A stretch of DNA of 64,000 nucleotides from Thermodesulfovibrionales bacterium (GCA_030017995.1 JASEGS010000002.1:21463-85462), one strand, 5' to 3'; shown: positions 18,901-28,580, counted from the stretch's first letter. The notes: generated by a model from the letters alone, not told the origin. Numbers and translations: made by a program.

Positions 18901-19884
18901 TTGTTGAAACATTTAGCAAGAATATTTGTAGTAGCAATATTTATGACAGCAGGCTATTTATATGGATTAAAGTATGGATATGTGACCTATGGGGCCATAA
19001 CAGGTTTTTCATTTGGAGTAATAACAATTTTTGTTGAATCGAGGCTAAAGAAGATATCATTCGGTTCTGTACTTGGAGGGCTTTTTGGATTGGGGACAGG
19101 TCTTGTTTTTGCCAACCTCTTTCTGTTGCCTTTTCGGTATGTTATTACAGATGAAACCAAGGTTTTGGTTTATTTTGTTCTGAATGCAGCTTTTGGTTAT
19201 GGAGGGCTCTTTGTCGGGCTGCACAGGGGAAGAAACCTTACAGTTTCCGCAATAATGAGACTGTTTAAGGGGCAGGAACTTGAAGAAGACATAAAGGTTC
19301 TTGATACGAGCGTGATAATAGACGGCCGCATTGCTGATATTATAGAAGCGGGATTTTTAGAGGGGGCATTCATTATCCCTCAGTTTATACTTCAGGAACT
19401 CCAATATATTGCAGACTCTCCTGATCCGCTAAGAAGGACAAAGGGCAGACGCGGCCTTGACATCCTGCACCGAATACAGAAGATGTCCAATATAAAGGTG
19501 AAGATAGTGGAAGAGGATTTCCCTAAGATAAAGGAGGTTGATGCCAAGCTTATAGCCCTCGCAAGGCTTTTAAGCGCAAAGATAATTACCAATGACTTCA
19601 ATTTAAATAAGGTGGCGCAGCTTCAGGGTGTGGCTGTTCTGAATATAAATGAGCTTGCTAATGTTTTGAAGCCCGTGGTGCTGCCAGGGGAGTCTCTTAA
19701 CCTTTTCATTGTTAAAGAAGGAAAGGAATATAACCAGGGCGTTGCATATCTGGATGACGGCACAATGGTTGTTATAGAGAATGCGAGAAGGCTTATAGGG
19801 AAGAACGTAGAAGTGGTTGTAGCCAGTGTTTTGCAGACAACCGCAGGAAGGATGATATTCGCCAAGCCAAAGGAAGAGGAGTAA
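18901..19884 (+). CDS. PIN/TRAM domain membrane protein (YacL-like)
   Basis: 327 aa. N-terminal TM helices. PIN domain (VLDTSVIIDGRI). C-terminal TRAM-like beta domain. TTG start. Confidence 0.8.
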   Translation: MLKHLARIFVVAIFMTAGYLYGLKYGYVTYGAITGFSFGVITIFVESRLKKISFGSVLGGLFGLGTGLVFANLFLLPFRYVITDETKVLVYFVLNAAFGYGGLFVGLHRGRNLTVSAIMRLFKGQELEEDIKVLDTSVIIDGRIADIIEAGFLEGAFIIPQFILQELQYIADSPDPLRRTKGRRGLDILHRIQKMSNIKVKIVEEDFPKIKEVDAKLIALARLLSAKIITNDFNLNKVAQLQGVAVLNINELANVLKPVVLPGESLNLFIVKEGKEYNQGVAYLDDGTMVVIENARRLIGKNVEVVVASVLQTTAGRMIFAKPKEEE

Positions 19885-19896
19885 GAGGCTGGGTGC

Positions 19897-20646
19897 ATGA
19901 AAGGCAAGAAAGATAGAGTCGTTGCCATAGTCCCTGCTGCAGGAATTGGAAAGAGATTTGGATATGAAAGGAACAAGCCTTTTTACCCCCTTTCAGGTAA
20001 ACCTCTCATTATATGGGCGCTTGAGGCATTACAAAGCGCCCCTGAAATCGCTGAAATAATACCTGTTATGAAAGAAGAAGACCTGATAACAGGCGGCAAT
20101 TTAATAGAAGAGTATAATATTACGAAGGTGAAACGAATTGTGCCTGGCGGCAGAGAAAGGCAAGACTCAGTTTGCAACGGCATAAGGATGCTGGGTGATA
20201 ATGTCTCTGTTGTTGTAATACATGATGGTGTGAGGCCATTAGTGGATAAAGACCTGATTAGCAAATGCATAGCTGATCTGGCAGGTTTTGATGGTGTTAT
20301 TGCTGGTGTTCCAGTGAAGGACACAGTCAAAGAGGTTAGAAGGCAGAAATCAGGAGTCGGGAATGAAGATGAAAATATTGTTCAGAAAACCTTGGATAGG
20401 GAGGCTGTCTGGGCTATTCAGACACCGCAGGTATTTAAAATCCAGAAGATAAGGGAGGCATATGAAAGAGCGGTTTCAGAAAAATATTATGCCACTGATG
20501 ACGCTGCCCTGCTGGAGAGGTGCGCTGGTAGTATAAAGGTTATCATGGGATCTTACAAAAATATAAAGATAACTACACCAGAAGATATATGCGTTGCTGA
20601 GGCGTTGTTGAAAATGCGGAATGAAGAGGCAAAAATTACGGAATGA
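19897..20646 (+). CDS. ispD: 2-C-methyl-D-erythritol 4-phosphate cytidylyltransferase
   Basis: 249 aa. VAIVPAAGIGKRFG P-loop-like motif. VIHDGVRP. Adjacent to ispF. Confidence 0.92.
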   Translation: MKGKKDRVVAIVPAAGIGKRFGYERNKPFYPLSGKPLIIWALEALQSAPEIAEIIPVMKEEDLITGGNLIEEYNITKVKRIVPGGRERQDSVCNGIRMLGDNVSVVVIHDGVRPLVDKDLISKCIADLAGFDGVIAGVPVKDTVKEVRRQKSGVGNEDENIVQKTLDREAVWAIQTPQVFKIQKIREAYERAVSEKYYATDDAALLERCAGSIKVIMGSYKNIKITTPEDICVAEALLKMRNEEAKITE

Positions 20647-20668
20647 ATTTCTATTTTAATTTTATTTT

Positions 20669-21133
20669 ATGCGCATAGGTATTGGCTATGACTCACACAA
20701 GCTTGTTGAAGGCAGAAGACTTATACTCGGAGGCGTGGAGATACCTTTTGAAAAGGGGCTCCTCGGACATTCGGACGGCGATGTCCTCTGCCACGCAATC
20801 ATTGATGCTGTTATAGGCGCCCTTGGCATGGGGGATATAGGTAAACACTTTCCAGATACTGATGACAGATGGAAGGACGCCTCAAGTATAATGTTATTAC
20901 AGCATATTGTTGAACTTGCGCGCACCAATGGCTTCGAGGTTGCATGGATTGACACAATTGTGATTACAGAAGATCCAAAATTATTGCGTTATGTGGATTC
21001 CATGAAAAGGGCTCTTTCGCAGGCAGGGATTCCTGTCTCTGTTATAAATATAAAGGCAAAGACGAATGAGGGTATGGGCTTTATAGGCAGAGGCGAGGGT
21101 ATGGCAGCCCAGGCTGTATGCCTTTTAAAATAA
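20669..21133 (+). CDS. ispF: 2-C-methyl-D-erythritol 2,4-cyclodiphosphate synthase
   Basis: 154 aa. MRIGIGYDSHKL, GHSDGDVLCHAI, DIGKHFPDTD. Confidence 0.95.
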   Translation: MRIGIGYDSHKLVEGRRLILGGVEIPFEKGLLGHSDGDVLCHAIIDAVIGALGMGDIGKHFPDTDDRWKDASSIMLLQHIVELARTNGFEVAWIDTIVITEDPKLLRYVDSMKRALSQAGIPVSVINIKAKTNEGMGFIGRGEGMAAQAVCLLK

Positions 21134-21149
21134 AAGGCTTAAAAAATTG

Positions 21150-21179
21150 TTGCAATTTAAAAAGCAGTTATGCTATTCT
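21150..21179 (+). promoter_or_regulatory. weak promoter candidate for the 5S rRNA
   Basis: TTGCAA (21150..21155), 18-nt spacer, TATTCT (21174..21179). Confidence 0.3.
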
Positions 21180-21197
21180 AATTTCTGAAAGTTAGTT

Positions 21198-21313
<116 letters not shown>

Positions 21314-21322
21314 TTAAAATAG

Positions 21323-21352
21323 AAAGGCTCGGTTAAATCCCGAGCCTTTTTT
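21323..21352 (+). terminator. rho-independent terminator after the 5S rRNA
   Basis: AAAGGCTCGG TTAAAT CCGAGCCTTT followed by TTT. Confidence 0.8.
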
Positions 21353-21392
21353 GTTTTACTGCAGCAAAGGATTTTTATAAAGGAGATTCATA

Positions 21393-22655
21393 ATGGAGAT
21401 CGTTTTGAAGGTTTATCTTATCCTCATTTTTTGCCTTTATATCCTCAAAGAGGCATTTGAATACTTCATTCAATACCTTAATCTCAGGCATATGAGAAAG
21501 GCTGGAACTGCCATCCCTTCTGAATTTGAAGGAAAGATAGACGAAGGCTTGTTGAAAAGGACTCAAGATTACGCGGCTGACAAGACCGGATTTGATTTTG
21601 TTTCATCCATATTCGGCAATATCGTGACTATCGTATTCATATTTGGAGGTCTGCTGAATATTTACAATTCATGGATAGCATCATTGGATCTCTCTTTTAC
21701 AATTTCTGGATGGCTCTTCTTTTTGCTCTTAGTCTATGCCGGAGAGGTGCTGTCCATGCCTTTTAGCCTGTATAGCACCTTTAAGATAGAGAATAGATAT
21801 GGCTTTAATACCATGACCTTAGGTCTTTGGATATCTGATTTTGCAAAATCGATTATCATTTCTACAATCCTGATGTCACTTCTGACAATTTCAGGGCTAT
21901 GGCTCATTCAATGGAGTCCTGATTACTGGTGGTTCTGGATTTGGAGTTTTCTTTTTGTTTTCAGTATTTTTATTATGTATATATCGCCTTATGTGATAGA
22001 GCCCCTTTTCAACAAATTCACGCACATAGAGGACGAGTCATTGAAGGAAAAGATCATCAGGCTGACAGAAAAAGCCGGGATTCATGCGAGCAAGATATTA
22101 AAAATAGATGCGTCCAAGCGGAGCAGGCATACAAATGCTTATTTTACAGGCATTGGCAGGACAAAGAGGATTGTTTTATACGATACATTGCTTGACGGGA
22201 TGAGCCACGATGAAATCATTGCTGTGCTCGCTCATGAGATAGGTCATTGGAAGAGGAAACATTTATTGAAAACGCTGGTCGTATTTGAAATACTTTCGCT
22301 TATAGCCCTTTATGTTTCACATAGGCTTATTCAGGGCGATTTTCTATTAACGCTTTTCAATATCAGCACAAACACTGTTTTTGCAAAGTTCGTAATACTC
22401 GGATTCATCGCCAGCATTCTTTCTTTGGCATTGCAGCCGATTATGAATCTGTTCAGCAGGAGGCATGAAAGGCAGGCTGACAGGGCTTCTTATGAATTTA
22501 CAAGGGATGCGGACAGTATGGTGAGTGCGCTTGTAAGGTTGTCAAAAGAAAATCTCTCAAATCTTTATCCACATCCACTCTATGTGGTCCTGTACTATTC
22601 ACACCCGCCTATATTGGAGAGGATAAGGCATATAAAGAAGCTTCAAGTATCCTGA
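21393..22655 (+). CDS. M48 family zinc metalloprotease (Ste24/CAAX-protease-like)
   Basis: 420 aa polytopic protein. HEIGHWKRKH zinc motif. Downstream E and H as in Ste24-like M48A enzymes. Confidence 0.85.
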   Translation: MEIVLKVYLILIFCLYILKEAFEYFIQYLNLRHMRKAGTAIPSEFEGKIDEGLLKRTQDYAADKTGFDFVSSIFGNIVTIVFIFGGLLNIYNSWIASLDLSFTISGWLFFLLLVYAGEVLSMPFSLYSTFKIENRYGFNTMTLGLWISDFAKSIIISTILMSLLTISGLWLIQWSPDYWWFWIWSFLFVFSIFIMYISPYVIEPLFNKFTHIEDESLKEKIIRLTEKAGIHASKILKIDASKRSRHTNAYFTGIGRTKRIVLYDTLLDGMSHDEIIAVLAHEIGHWKRKHLLKTLVVFEILSLIALYVSHRLIQGDFLLTLFNISTNTVFAKFVILGFIASILSLALQPIMNLFSRRHERQADRASYEFTRDADSMVSALVRLSKENLSNLYPHPLYVVLYYSHPPILERIRHIKKLQVS

Positions 22656-23163
22656 CAAACTCATTTAACATCTCTTTTCTAAGGTCAAGGATTTCATTAA
22701 GTTGTTTGATGAATATACGATAAGGCTTTGCAGAGCCTTGTTCTATATGCTCAAGAAGCGCACTGCAGAAATACCAGTTGCACCTGAACGGCCTTATTGC
22801 CCTTTCTATAGTGCACCCGTATTCTGACAAAAACTGGCAGGGCTCTGTATCTTTCATGCCTTCTTTATATACCGGCAGTTTTAGTCCGAGGGCATAAATA
22901 TATACGAGGTCTTCATAGTCGTAGAATCCATGCCTATTTATGCAGCAAACCTTCTGACAGTTTGGGCAAATGACAGCGGTGTTTTGTTGAATAAAAGAAT
23001 CGATCTTGTCTATGCTGTATTTTATTGTCCTTGCAAGGTCTTTCACATGAGCAAGCTCTTCATGGTGCTCTGACGAGAATATTTCCAAAAGGTGTATTGC
23101 CCTATCCCACTTTTTTCTGTCAAGCCATGAAAGCTCACTATTCAATAAATACGCAGGACTCAT
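22609..23163 (-). CDS. Cys-rich YkgJ/UPF0153-like metal-cluster protein
   Basis: CPNCQKVCC ... CQFL..GCTIERAIRPFRCNWYFC. I use the internal ATG at 23163 (MSPAYLL...). The 77 upstream codons of the tracked ORF are low-quality and overlap better + strand ORFs. Confidence 0.5.
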   Translation of the reverse strand: MSPAYLLNSELSWLDRKKWDRAIHLLEIFSSEHHEELAHVKDLARTIKYSIDKIDSFIQQNTAVICPNCQKVCCINRHGFYDYEDLVYIYALGLKLPVYKEGMKDTEPCQFLSEYGCTIERAIRPFRCNWYFCSALLEHIEQGSAKPYRIFIKQLNEILDLRKEMLNEFVRILEASLYALSSPI

Positions 23164-23212
23164 GTTATGTGGTATATTATAAAACAAATCTAAAAACTGA
23201 GAGAGGCATTTG

Positions 23213-23380
23213 ATGAAGTGTAGAAATTGCAATGGAGAACTCAGATTGGTTTTTGGGTGAAAGTCTGTATTTTTCCGGTGCATGGACTGCGGCCGGGATT
23301 TTAAGGTTTCCGAATATATGCAGGAGATAGATGAACAGACATGGAGTTTAATAGCCACAAGGTCATGCAATCGGGCATAA
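23213..23380 (+). CDS. candidate small zinc-ribbon selenoprotein (in-frame TGA at 23258..23260 read as Sec)
   Basis: GAGAGG RBS 6 nt before the ATG. Reads MKCRNCNGELRLVFG-U-KSVFFRCMDCGRDFKVSEYMQEIDEQTWSLIATRSCNRA. Two CxxC knuckles. The frame stays open through the TGA to TAA at 23378..23380. A SECIS-like hairpin follows the TGA. Confidence 0.45.
23273..23298 (+). promoter_or_regulatory. SECIS-like hairpin downstream of the in-frame TGA
   Basis: TTCCGGTGCA / TGGAC / TGCG-G-CCGGGA gives 10 bp including 2 G-U pairs, with one bulged G. The loop starts 22 nt after the UGA and has G at its second position. Confidence 0.4.
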
Positions 23381-23392
23381 GAAGCTATTGAC

Positions 23393-23542
23393 ATGAATGT
23401 TTATTTGATAGAGATTTTTTCTTATCTTGCCGCAATCGTCATTATAGTGGCTGTTATATGCATAAGGCTATATAAAGTTTACAGGCGCTTTAACTCCAGC
23501 GAAAATGCTGATCATACAGTTGACAAAGATCCGGCAGGATAA
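23393..23542 (+). CDS. small single-pass membrane protein (49 aa), hypothetical
   Basis: MNVYLIEIFSYLAAIVIIVAVICIRLYKVYRRF... has one clear TM helix followed by basic residues. Lies between the small Cys ORF and the NYN gene. Weak RBS. Confidence 0.3.
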   Translation: MNVYLIEIFSYLAAIVIIVAVICIRLYKVYRRFNSSENADHTVDKDPAG

Positions 23543-23550
23543 GCAGCATC

Positions 23551-24072
23551 ATGCATATCATTATTGACGGCTATAATGTCATTGGCATCCTGCACAAGGA
23601 CATGGAAAAAGCGCGGGATGAGTTCATCGGCCTTCTCATGGGATACAAAAAATCAGGGCATCACGACATTACAGTTATATTTGATGGATACAAAAGCGGC
23701 GCAGGCGTCGAACAGACAATTGTCAGAGGAGGCATAAAGGTCATTTACTCAAGGCTCGGCGAAAGGGCTGACGATGTCATAAAAAGAGTCGTATCAAGCG
23801 AGAAAAAAGAGTGGATCGTAGTAAGCGATGACAGGGCTATCATAAACCACGCGTGGGCTTCAAACTCCATTCCAATACCCTCGGAAAGATTTTATGAGAT
23901 CGCATCGAGGGAAGCAAAACAAACAAATCAAAATCTGAGCATGGAATCGGCAGATGAATTTTTAGATAAAGCAGAAGAAGACGAATTTGGAAATGCTCCT
24001 TCACAAAAAGGGAATCCCCTTAAGCTTTCTAAAAAACAAAGGGCTGTAAGAAGGGTGATGGGCAAACTATAA
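23551..24072 (+). CDS. NYN-domain RNase-like protein (YacP/Rae1-like)
   Basis: 173 aa. MHIIIDGYNVIG and VVSDDRAI motifs. Confidence 0.75.
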   Translation: MHIIIDGYNVIGILHKDMEKARDEFIGLLMGYKKSGHHDITVIFDGYKSGAGVEQTIVRGGIKVIYSRLGERADDVIKRVVSSEKKEWIVVSDDRAIINHAWASNSIPIPSERFYEIASREAKQTNQNLSMESADEFLDKAEEDEFGNAPSQKGNPLKLSKKQRAVRRVMGKL

Positions 24073-24073
24073 T

Positions 24074-24967
24074 ATGATCGGATGGCTGCTGAAATCAAAA
24101 CCGGCTGATGCAATTACGATTATCTTCAGTATTTCACTTTTGCTTCTGACAGCGAGTTTTTATAAAAAAATCCCGTCTGCAAGTTATTTAATGCTTATAT
24201 ATTCATCTCTGATTTTCTTTCAGCTTGCGCTTGTCCGTTTAAGCAGGCTCAACTCATTTCTCACCTTAACGCGCGATATTATATTCCCTGTCATAAGCGT
24301 GCTGATAATATTCGACAGCCTTGGCTTGATTGTCCATAATATTAATTCTCAGGATATTGACCACCTGCTTATCAGGCTGGACTACATCATTTTTAGCGGT
24401 TATCCAACCATTATGATGGAGAAGGTAGCTTCACCATTGCTGACAGATGTCCTTCAGATTGCATATTCCACATACTATTTTCTTCCTGTAATGCTCGGCA
24501 TCATGCTGAAGGCGAAAAGAAAGGATGAAGAATTCGAGAAGTCGCTGTTCTTAATACTTCTATGCTTTTATCTCTCTTATGTCGGCTATATGCTTTTCCC
24601 GGCGCTCGGGCCGAGGTATGCGATGGAGCATCTTCAGGAAAAACAGATCGGCGGCTTTCTGGTCTCGCAGCCTATCCAGCAAATCCTCAACCTTCTTGAA
24701 GGTGTAAAGAGGGACGCGTTTCCGAGCGGACATACAGGCATTGCCCTCACAGTGCTTTTTCTTGCATACAGATACGAAAGAGGTCTTTTCTGGATAATGT
24801 CAGTTCCAGTGCTGCTATTGATAGTTGCCACCGTATATTGCAGGTATCATTATGTTATTGATGTCATCGGAGGAGCGGCTTTAACTGTTGTTACAGTAAC
24901 CATTGGTGAGTTATACTACAATTTCTACAAGAGACGCTATGGATTTGCCTTATACAAAAACCGATGA
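24074..24967 (+). CDS. PAP2-family membrane phosphatase
   Basis: 297 aa polytopic protein. PSGHT and RYHYVIDVIGG motifs. Confidence 0.75.
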   Translation: MIGWLLKSKPADAITIIFSISLLLLTASFYKKIPSASYLMLIYSSLIFFQLALVRLSRLNSFLTLTRDIIFPVISVLIIFDSLGLIVHNINSQDIDHLLIRLDYIIFSGYPTIMMEKVASPLLTDVLQIAYSTYYFLPVMLGIMLKAKRKDEEFEKSLFLILLCFYLSYVGYMLFPALGPRYAMEHLQEKQIGGFLVSQPIQQILNLLEGVKRDAFPSGHTGIALTVLFLAYRYERGLFWIMSVPVLLLIVATVYCRYHYVIDVIGGAALTVVTVTIGELYYNFYKRRYGFALYKNR

Positions 24968-25217
24968 CGGAATTATCATTGAAGTGAAGGTTATACCGCG
25001 CTCTTCAAAAAACGAAATTGCAGGCTCAATCGGCAATGCGATAAAGGTAAAGCTCACGGCTCCGCCTGTCGAGGGGGCTGCAAACGAGCAACTAATCGAG
25101 TTTCTCTCGAAAAAATTCGGCATAAGGAAAAGCGATGTGGTCATTATGAAAGGGGAAACATCAAGACATAAGACAATAAAACTGCCGATAAAACTAATTG
25201 GAGGAGAACTGCCTTGA
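24939..25217 (+). CDS. yggU: DUF167 (YggU) family protein
   Basis: Start moved to MDLPYTK... Matches IIIEVKVIPRSSKNEI...KVKLTAPPVEGAANEQLIEFLSK. Confidence 0.8.
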   Translation: MDLPYTKTDDGIIIEVKVIPRSSKNEIAGSIGNAIKVKLTAPPVEGAANEQLIEFLSKKFGIRKSDVVIMKGETSRHKTIKLPIKLIGGELP

Positions 25218-26062
25218 TCCAGAGCATGACAGGTTTTGGCACCGCTGAAACAGGTGGTTTTAAGGTCGAGATAAAGTCCTTAAATCAGAGGCATATGGAT
25301 ATTTCCGTAAAGATGCCCTCTTTTTTATCCGAGCACGAAATACCTGTAAGGAATATTATTAAGAAGCATTTCTCGAGGGGAAAGTTCGATGTCTTCATTT
25401 CGCTGACAGACAAAAGGAAGCCGAAAATAAGAGTGGACAAAGAGCTTGCAAAAGGCATGTATGAGGCATTTTCAAGCCTGCAGCGCGAACTCTCCGTGCC
25501 CGGCAGCATTGGGATGGATCTGTTCTCGGGATACAGGGAGCTCTTGATAACTGAAGAGCCGGAATGCAATACAGACGCCTTATATGATGCAATCGGCGAG
25601 GCTATGCTCAAAATAGAGGATGCGCGCAGGAAGGAAGGCGATGCTCTCCAAAAAGAGATGCTTGTTCGCCTTGAAAGACTAAAAGATATACTAACAGAAA
25701 CAGAGAAGATAGCAGGCGATGCGGCGTTTGACTATAAAGAAACGCTTTCAAAGAGGATAGCAGAGATAGCGTCCAATCTTACGATTGATGAGACGAGGCT
25801 TGCGCAGGAAGTTGCCATAATGGCGCAGAAGGCTGACATCACAGAGGAGATGACAAGACTTAAAAGCCACATTCAGCAGTTCCACTCTCTTTTGTCAGCA
25901 GGAGGCGTAATAGGCAGGAGACTCGATTTCCTTTTGCAGGAGATGAACAGAGAGGCAAACACCATTGCATCAAAATCGGACAATATCAGACTTATAAAGC
26001 TTACTATAGAGATGAAGGCGGAAATGGAAAAGCTCAGAGAGCAGTCCCAGAATATTCAATAG
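25214..26062 (+). CDS. yicC: YicC family stress-induced protein
   Basis: 282 aa. MIQSMTGFG start. C-terminal DFLLQEMNREANTIASKS. Confidence 0.88.
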   Translation: MIQSMTGFGTAETGGFKVEIKSLNQRHMDISVKMPSFLSEHEIPVRNIIKKHFSRGKFDVFISLTDKRKPKIRVDKELAKGMYEAFSSLQRELSVPGSIGMDLFSGYRELLITEEPECNTDALYDAIGEAMLKIEDARRKEGDALQKEMLVRLERLKDILTETEKIAGDAAFDYKETLSKRIAEIASNLTIDETRLAQEVAIMAQKADITEEMTRLKSHIQQFHSLLSAGGVIGRRLDFLLQEMNREANTIASKSDNIRLIKLTIEMKAEMEKLREQSQNIQ

Positions 26063-26070
26063 GATAGGCA

Positions 26071-26355
26071 ATGAAGAATGTCCTTGTTAATATAGGGTTT
26101 GGGAATGTGGTGTCTGCCAATAGGGTAATAGCTGTTGTAAACCCCGGGTCAAGGGCTATTAAAAAATTGAGAGATGAAACGAGGGAGAGAGGCAAGCTTA
26201 TTGATGCCACTGAAGGGAAAAAAGTTCGTTCCATAATAGTGACAGACAGTGATCATATAATTCTTTCTGCCCTTCAGGCAGAGACCATAACACAGAGGAT
26301 TTCCGGATCAAAAGGGGATTCAAAGGGCTCTAAAAATGAAGCAAAGGAAAGGTAA
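26071..26355 (+). CDS. remA: RemA/DUF370 family regulator
   Basis: 94 aa. NIGFGNVVSANRVIAVVNPGS...GKLIDATEG. Confidence 0.85.
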   Translation: MKNVLVNIGFGNVVSANRVIAVVNPGSRAIKKLRDETRERGKLIDATEGKKVRSIIVTDSDHIILSALQAETITQRISGSKGDSKGSKNEAKER

Positions 26356-26959
26356 TTTGTTTGTAGTATCCGCACCTTCTGGCGCGGGGAAAACCACCCT
26401 GTGTAAGAGGATTTGTGACACAATAAGCGGCGTAAGACATTCAGTGTCTTATACAACTCGAAAAATCCGGTCTGGGGAAATAAATGGTGTGCACTACATG
26501 TTTGTGGATGAGGATGAATTCAGGACAATGATAGCTGACGGAGAGTTTGTCGAATGGGCTGAGGTGTATGGCAATTTTTATGGCACTTCGAGGTCGCACA
26601 TTGAGGGTATGATTAATGAAGGGATCGATGTTGTGATGGATATTGATGTGCAGGGTGCAAAACAGATTAGGAGGCATTTCCCAGATAGCGTCCTGATTTT
26701 TATAATGCCGCCATCTATGATGGAACTTGAGAAAAGGCTTGTTGACAGAAGAGGTGATTCAGCAGATGTGATTGATACAAGGCTTAAAAATGCAGTTGAA
26801 GAAATAAGGGAGTATAAAATCTATGATTATGTTATAATAAACAATGTATTTGAAGAGGCTGTTGAAGAATTAAAGGCAGTAATAATGGGAGAAAGACTTA
26901 AAATTACGAGAATAAACCATGAATGGATAGAGGAAAAATTTTTAAAGGAGGCACAATAA
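26336..26959 (+). CDS. gmk: guanylate kinase
   Basis: 207 aa. SAPSGAGKTT P-loop, TTRKIRSGE, YGT. Confidence 0.95.
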   Translation: MKQRKGNLFVVSAPSGAGKTTLCKRICDTISGVRHSVSYTTRKIRSGEINGVHYMFVDEDEFRTMIADGEFVEWAEVYGNFYGTSRSHIEGMINEGIDVVMDIDVQGAKQIRRHFPDSVLIFIMPPSMMELEKRLVDRRGDSADVIDTRLKNAVEEIREYKIYDYVIINNVFEEAVEELKAVIMGERLKITRINHEWIEEKFLKEAQ

Positions 26960-27352
26960 ATGGACATTATATCACTGCCGGTTGATTATGACAAAAAGAA
27001 GATAGAGAACAGATACAGACTGGTTGTCATCGCTTCTCAGAGGGCAAGAGAGCTCTCTCTGGGTGTAAAGCAGAGGGTCCAGACAAAGGCTAAGAAGATG
27101 ACCACCACTGCCCTTTTAGAGACTATTACCGGAGAGATTGAATTTTTGACAGGTGACGAAGCTGTGGTTGCAAGGGAAAAGGCTGAAAGAATCGATTTCA
27201 AGAAATTGGCTGAAGAAAAGAGAAGGCCTGCCGAAGACCTTTCGGAGCTTGAAAAAGACCTCAGGGTTTATCTCCACGAAAAGGGAGCTACGGAAAGGGC
27301 CCTCGAGGAATTGTTTACAGAGACCGAAAGGCTTGAAGATACAGAAGAGTAA
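26960..27352 (+). CDS. rpoZ: DNA-directed RNA polymerase subunit omega (long C-terminal acidic tail)
   Basis: 130 aa. NRYRLVVIASQRARELS core. Conserved position after gmk. Confidence 0.85.
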   Translation: MDIISLPVDYDKKKIENRYRLVVIASQRARELSLGVKQRVQTKAKKMTTTALLETITGEIEFLTGDEAVVAREKAERIDFKKLAEEKRRPAEDLSELEKDLRVYLHEKGATERALEELFTETERLEDTEE

Positions 27353-27357
27353 GGTGT

Positions 27358-28557
27358 ATGGGGTTGCTGAAAGGCAGTTCTATACTCTTAGGCATTACTG
27401 GAAGCGTAGCTGCTTACAAATCCATTGAATTAATCAAGAGATTAAGAGAGGAAGAGGCATGTGTCAAGGTCATAATGACAGAGGCCTCGAAAAATTTTAT
27501 CACCCCTCTTTCAGTTGAACTCGCGTCTGGCGATAGTGTTTACTCTGATATGTTCCGATCCCCGTTATCCCACGTAAGTCTGCCTGCAAATGCTGACCTG
27601 TTTGTAATAGCTCCTGCAACTGCGAATATTATTGGCAAATACGCAAATGGAATTGCTGATGATCTCCTGAGCACAGCTCTAATGGCATTTAACGGCAAAG
27701 TCCTTATCGCGCCTGCAATGAACTGGAGGATGTATGAAAATCCGGCATTTCAGAAAAATCTCCATTACCTTGAATCAATAGGGGTAAAGACCATAGGGCC
27801 AGAAAAGGGAAGCCTTGCCTGCGGCGAGGAGGGGATTGGCAGGATGGCTGACGCAGATAAGATCATTGATTCCATAAAGGCTTCTTTAACAGCGCAGGAT
27901 CTGGCAGGGGAAAGCGTGCTTGTTACCGCGGGACCCACAAGGGAATACATTGACCCTATAAGATATATTTCCAACAGGTCCTCAGGTAAAATGGGATATG
28001 CTATTGCAAGGGTTGCTAAGAGGAGAGGAGCAGATGTTACTCTTATAAGCGGCCCTGTTTCCATAAAGCCTCCTGATGGAGTAGACATTATAAATGTTGA
28101 TACATCTGATGAAATGTATAAGGCAGTAATGAATAACATTAATATGTCCTCAATATTCATTATGTCTGCTGCAGTTGCTGATTTCAGGGCTGCTGGTATG
28201 AAGGCTGAGAAGATAGAAAAGAAAGAAGGGTTTTCGCTTAATCTTACAAAGACAACAGATATACTTGAAGAAACAGGCAGGCTGGAGAAAAGACCTTTTA
28301 TTGTTGGTTTCTCTGCAGAGACAGGTTACAGGGTCGACAGGGCAAAGGGAAAACTCGTTGCTAAAAACATTGACATGATAGTTTTTAATGACGTTGCCAA
28401 GGAAGGCTCAGGCTTTGATACGGACACAAATGAAGTAACAATAATCAGCAGGGATAAATCAGGAAAAATTCAAGAACTGCCTCTGCAGGTTATGTCTAAA
28501 GAAGATGTTGCCTCAGCAATACTGGACAGGGTGGCTGAGGCAAAAAAGGGATGTTAG
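27358..28557 (+). CDS. coaBC: bifunctional phosphopantothenoylcysteine decarboxylase / phosphopantothenate-cysteine ligase
   Basis: 399 aa. Flavoprotein domain (LLGITGSVAAYK, PAMN) plus CoaB domain (ISNRSSGKMG). Confidence 0.93.
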   Translation: MGLLKGSSILLGITGSVAAYKSIELIKRLREEEACVKVIMTEASKNFITPLSVELASGDSVYSDMFRSPLSHVSLPANADLFVIAPATANIIGKYANGIADDLLSTALMAFNGKVLIAPAMNWRMYENPAFQKNLHYLESIGVKTIGPEKGSLACGEEGIGRMADADKIIDSIKASLTAQDLAGESVLVTAGPTREYIDPIRYISNRSSGKMGYAIARVAKRRGADVTLISGPVSIKPPDGVDIINVDTSDEMYKAVMNNINMSSIFIMSAAVADFRAAGMKAEKIEKKEGFSLNLTKTTDILEETGRLEKRPFIVGFSAETGYRVDRAKGKLVAKNIDMIVFNDVAKEGSGFDTDTNEVTIISRDKSGKIQELPLQVMSKEDVASAILDRVAEAKKGC

Positions 28558-28580
28558 CAGATTATAAAAAGGAATAATCA

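Noticed and set aside
23164-23394. N-terminal 77 codons of the tracked 261-aa minus-strand ORF (22609..23394)
   Set aside because: The peptide is low-complexity and unlike the Cys-rich domain that follows. The span is better explained by two + strand small ORFs with an RBS and a protein-like sequence. I therefore start the minus gene at 23163.
27153-27428. 91-aa alternative-frame ORF inside rpoZ/coaBC
   Set aside because: It overlaps two confidently assigned genes in another frame. The basic low-complexity peptide marks it as a shadow ORF.
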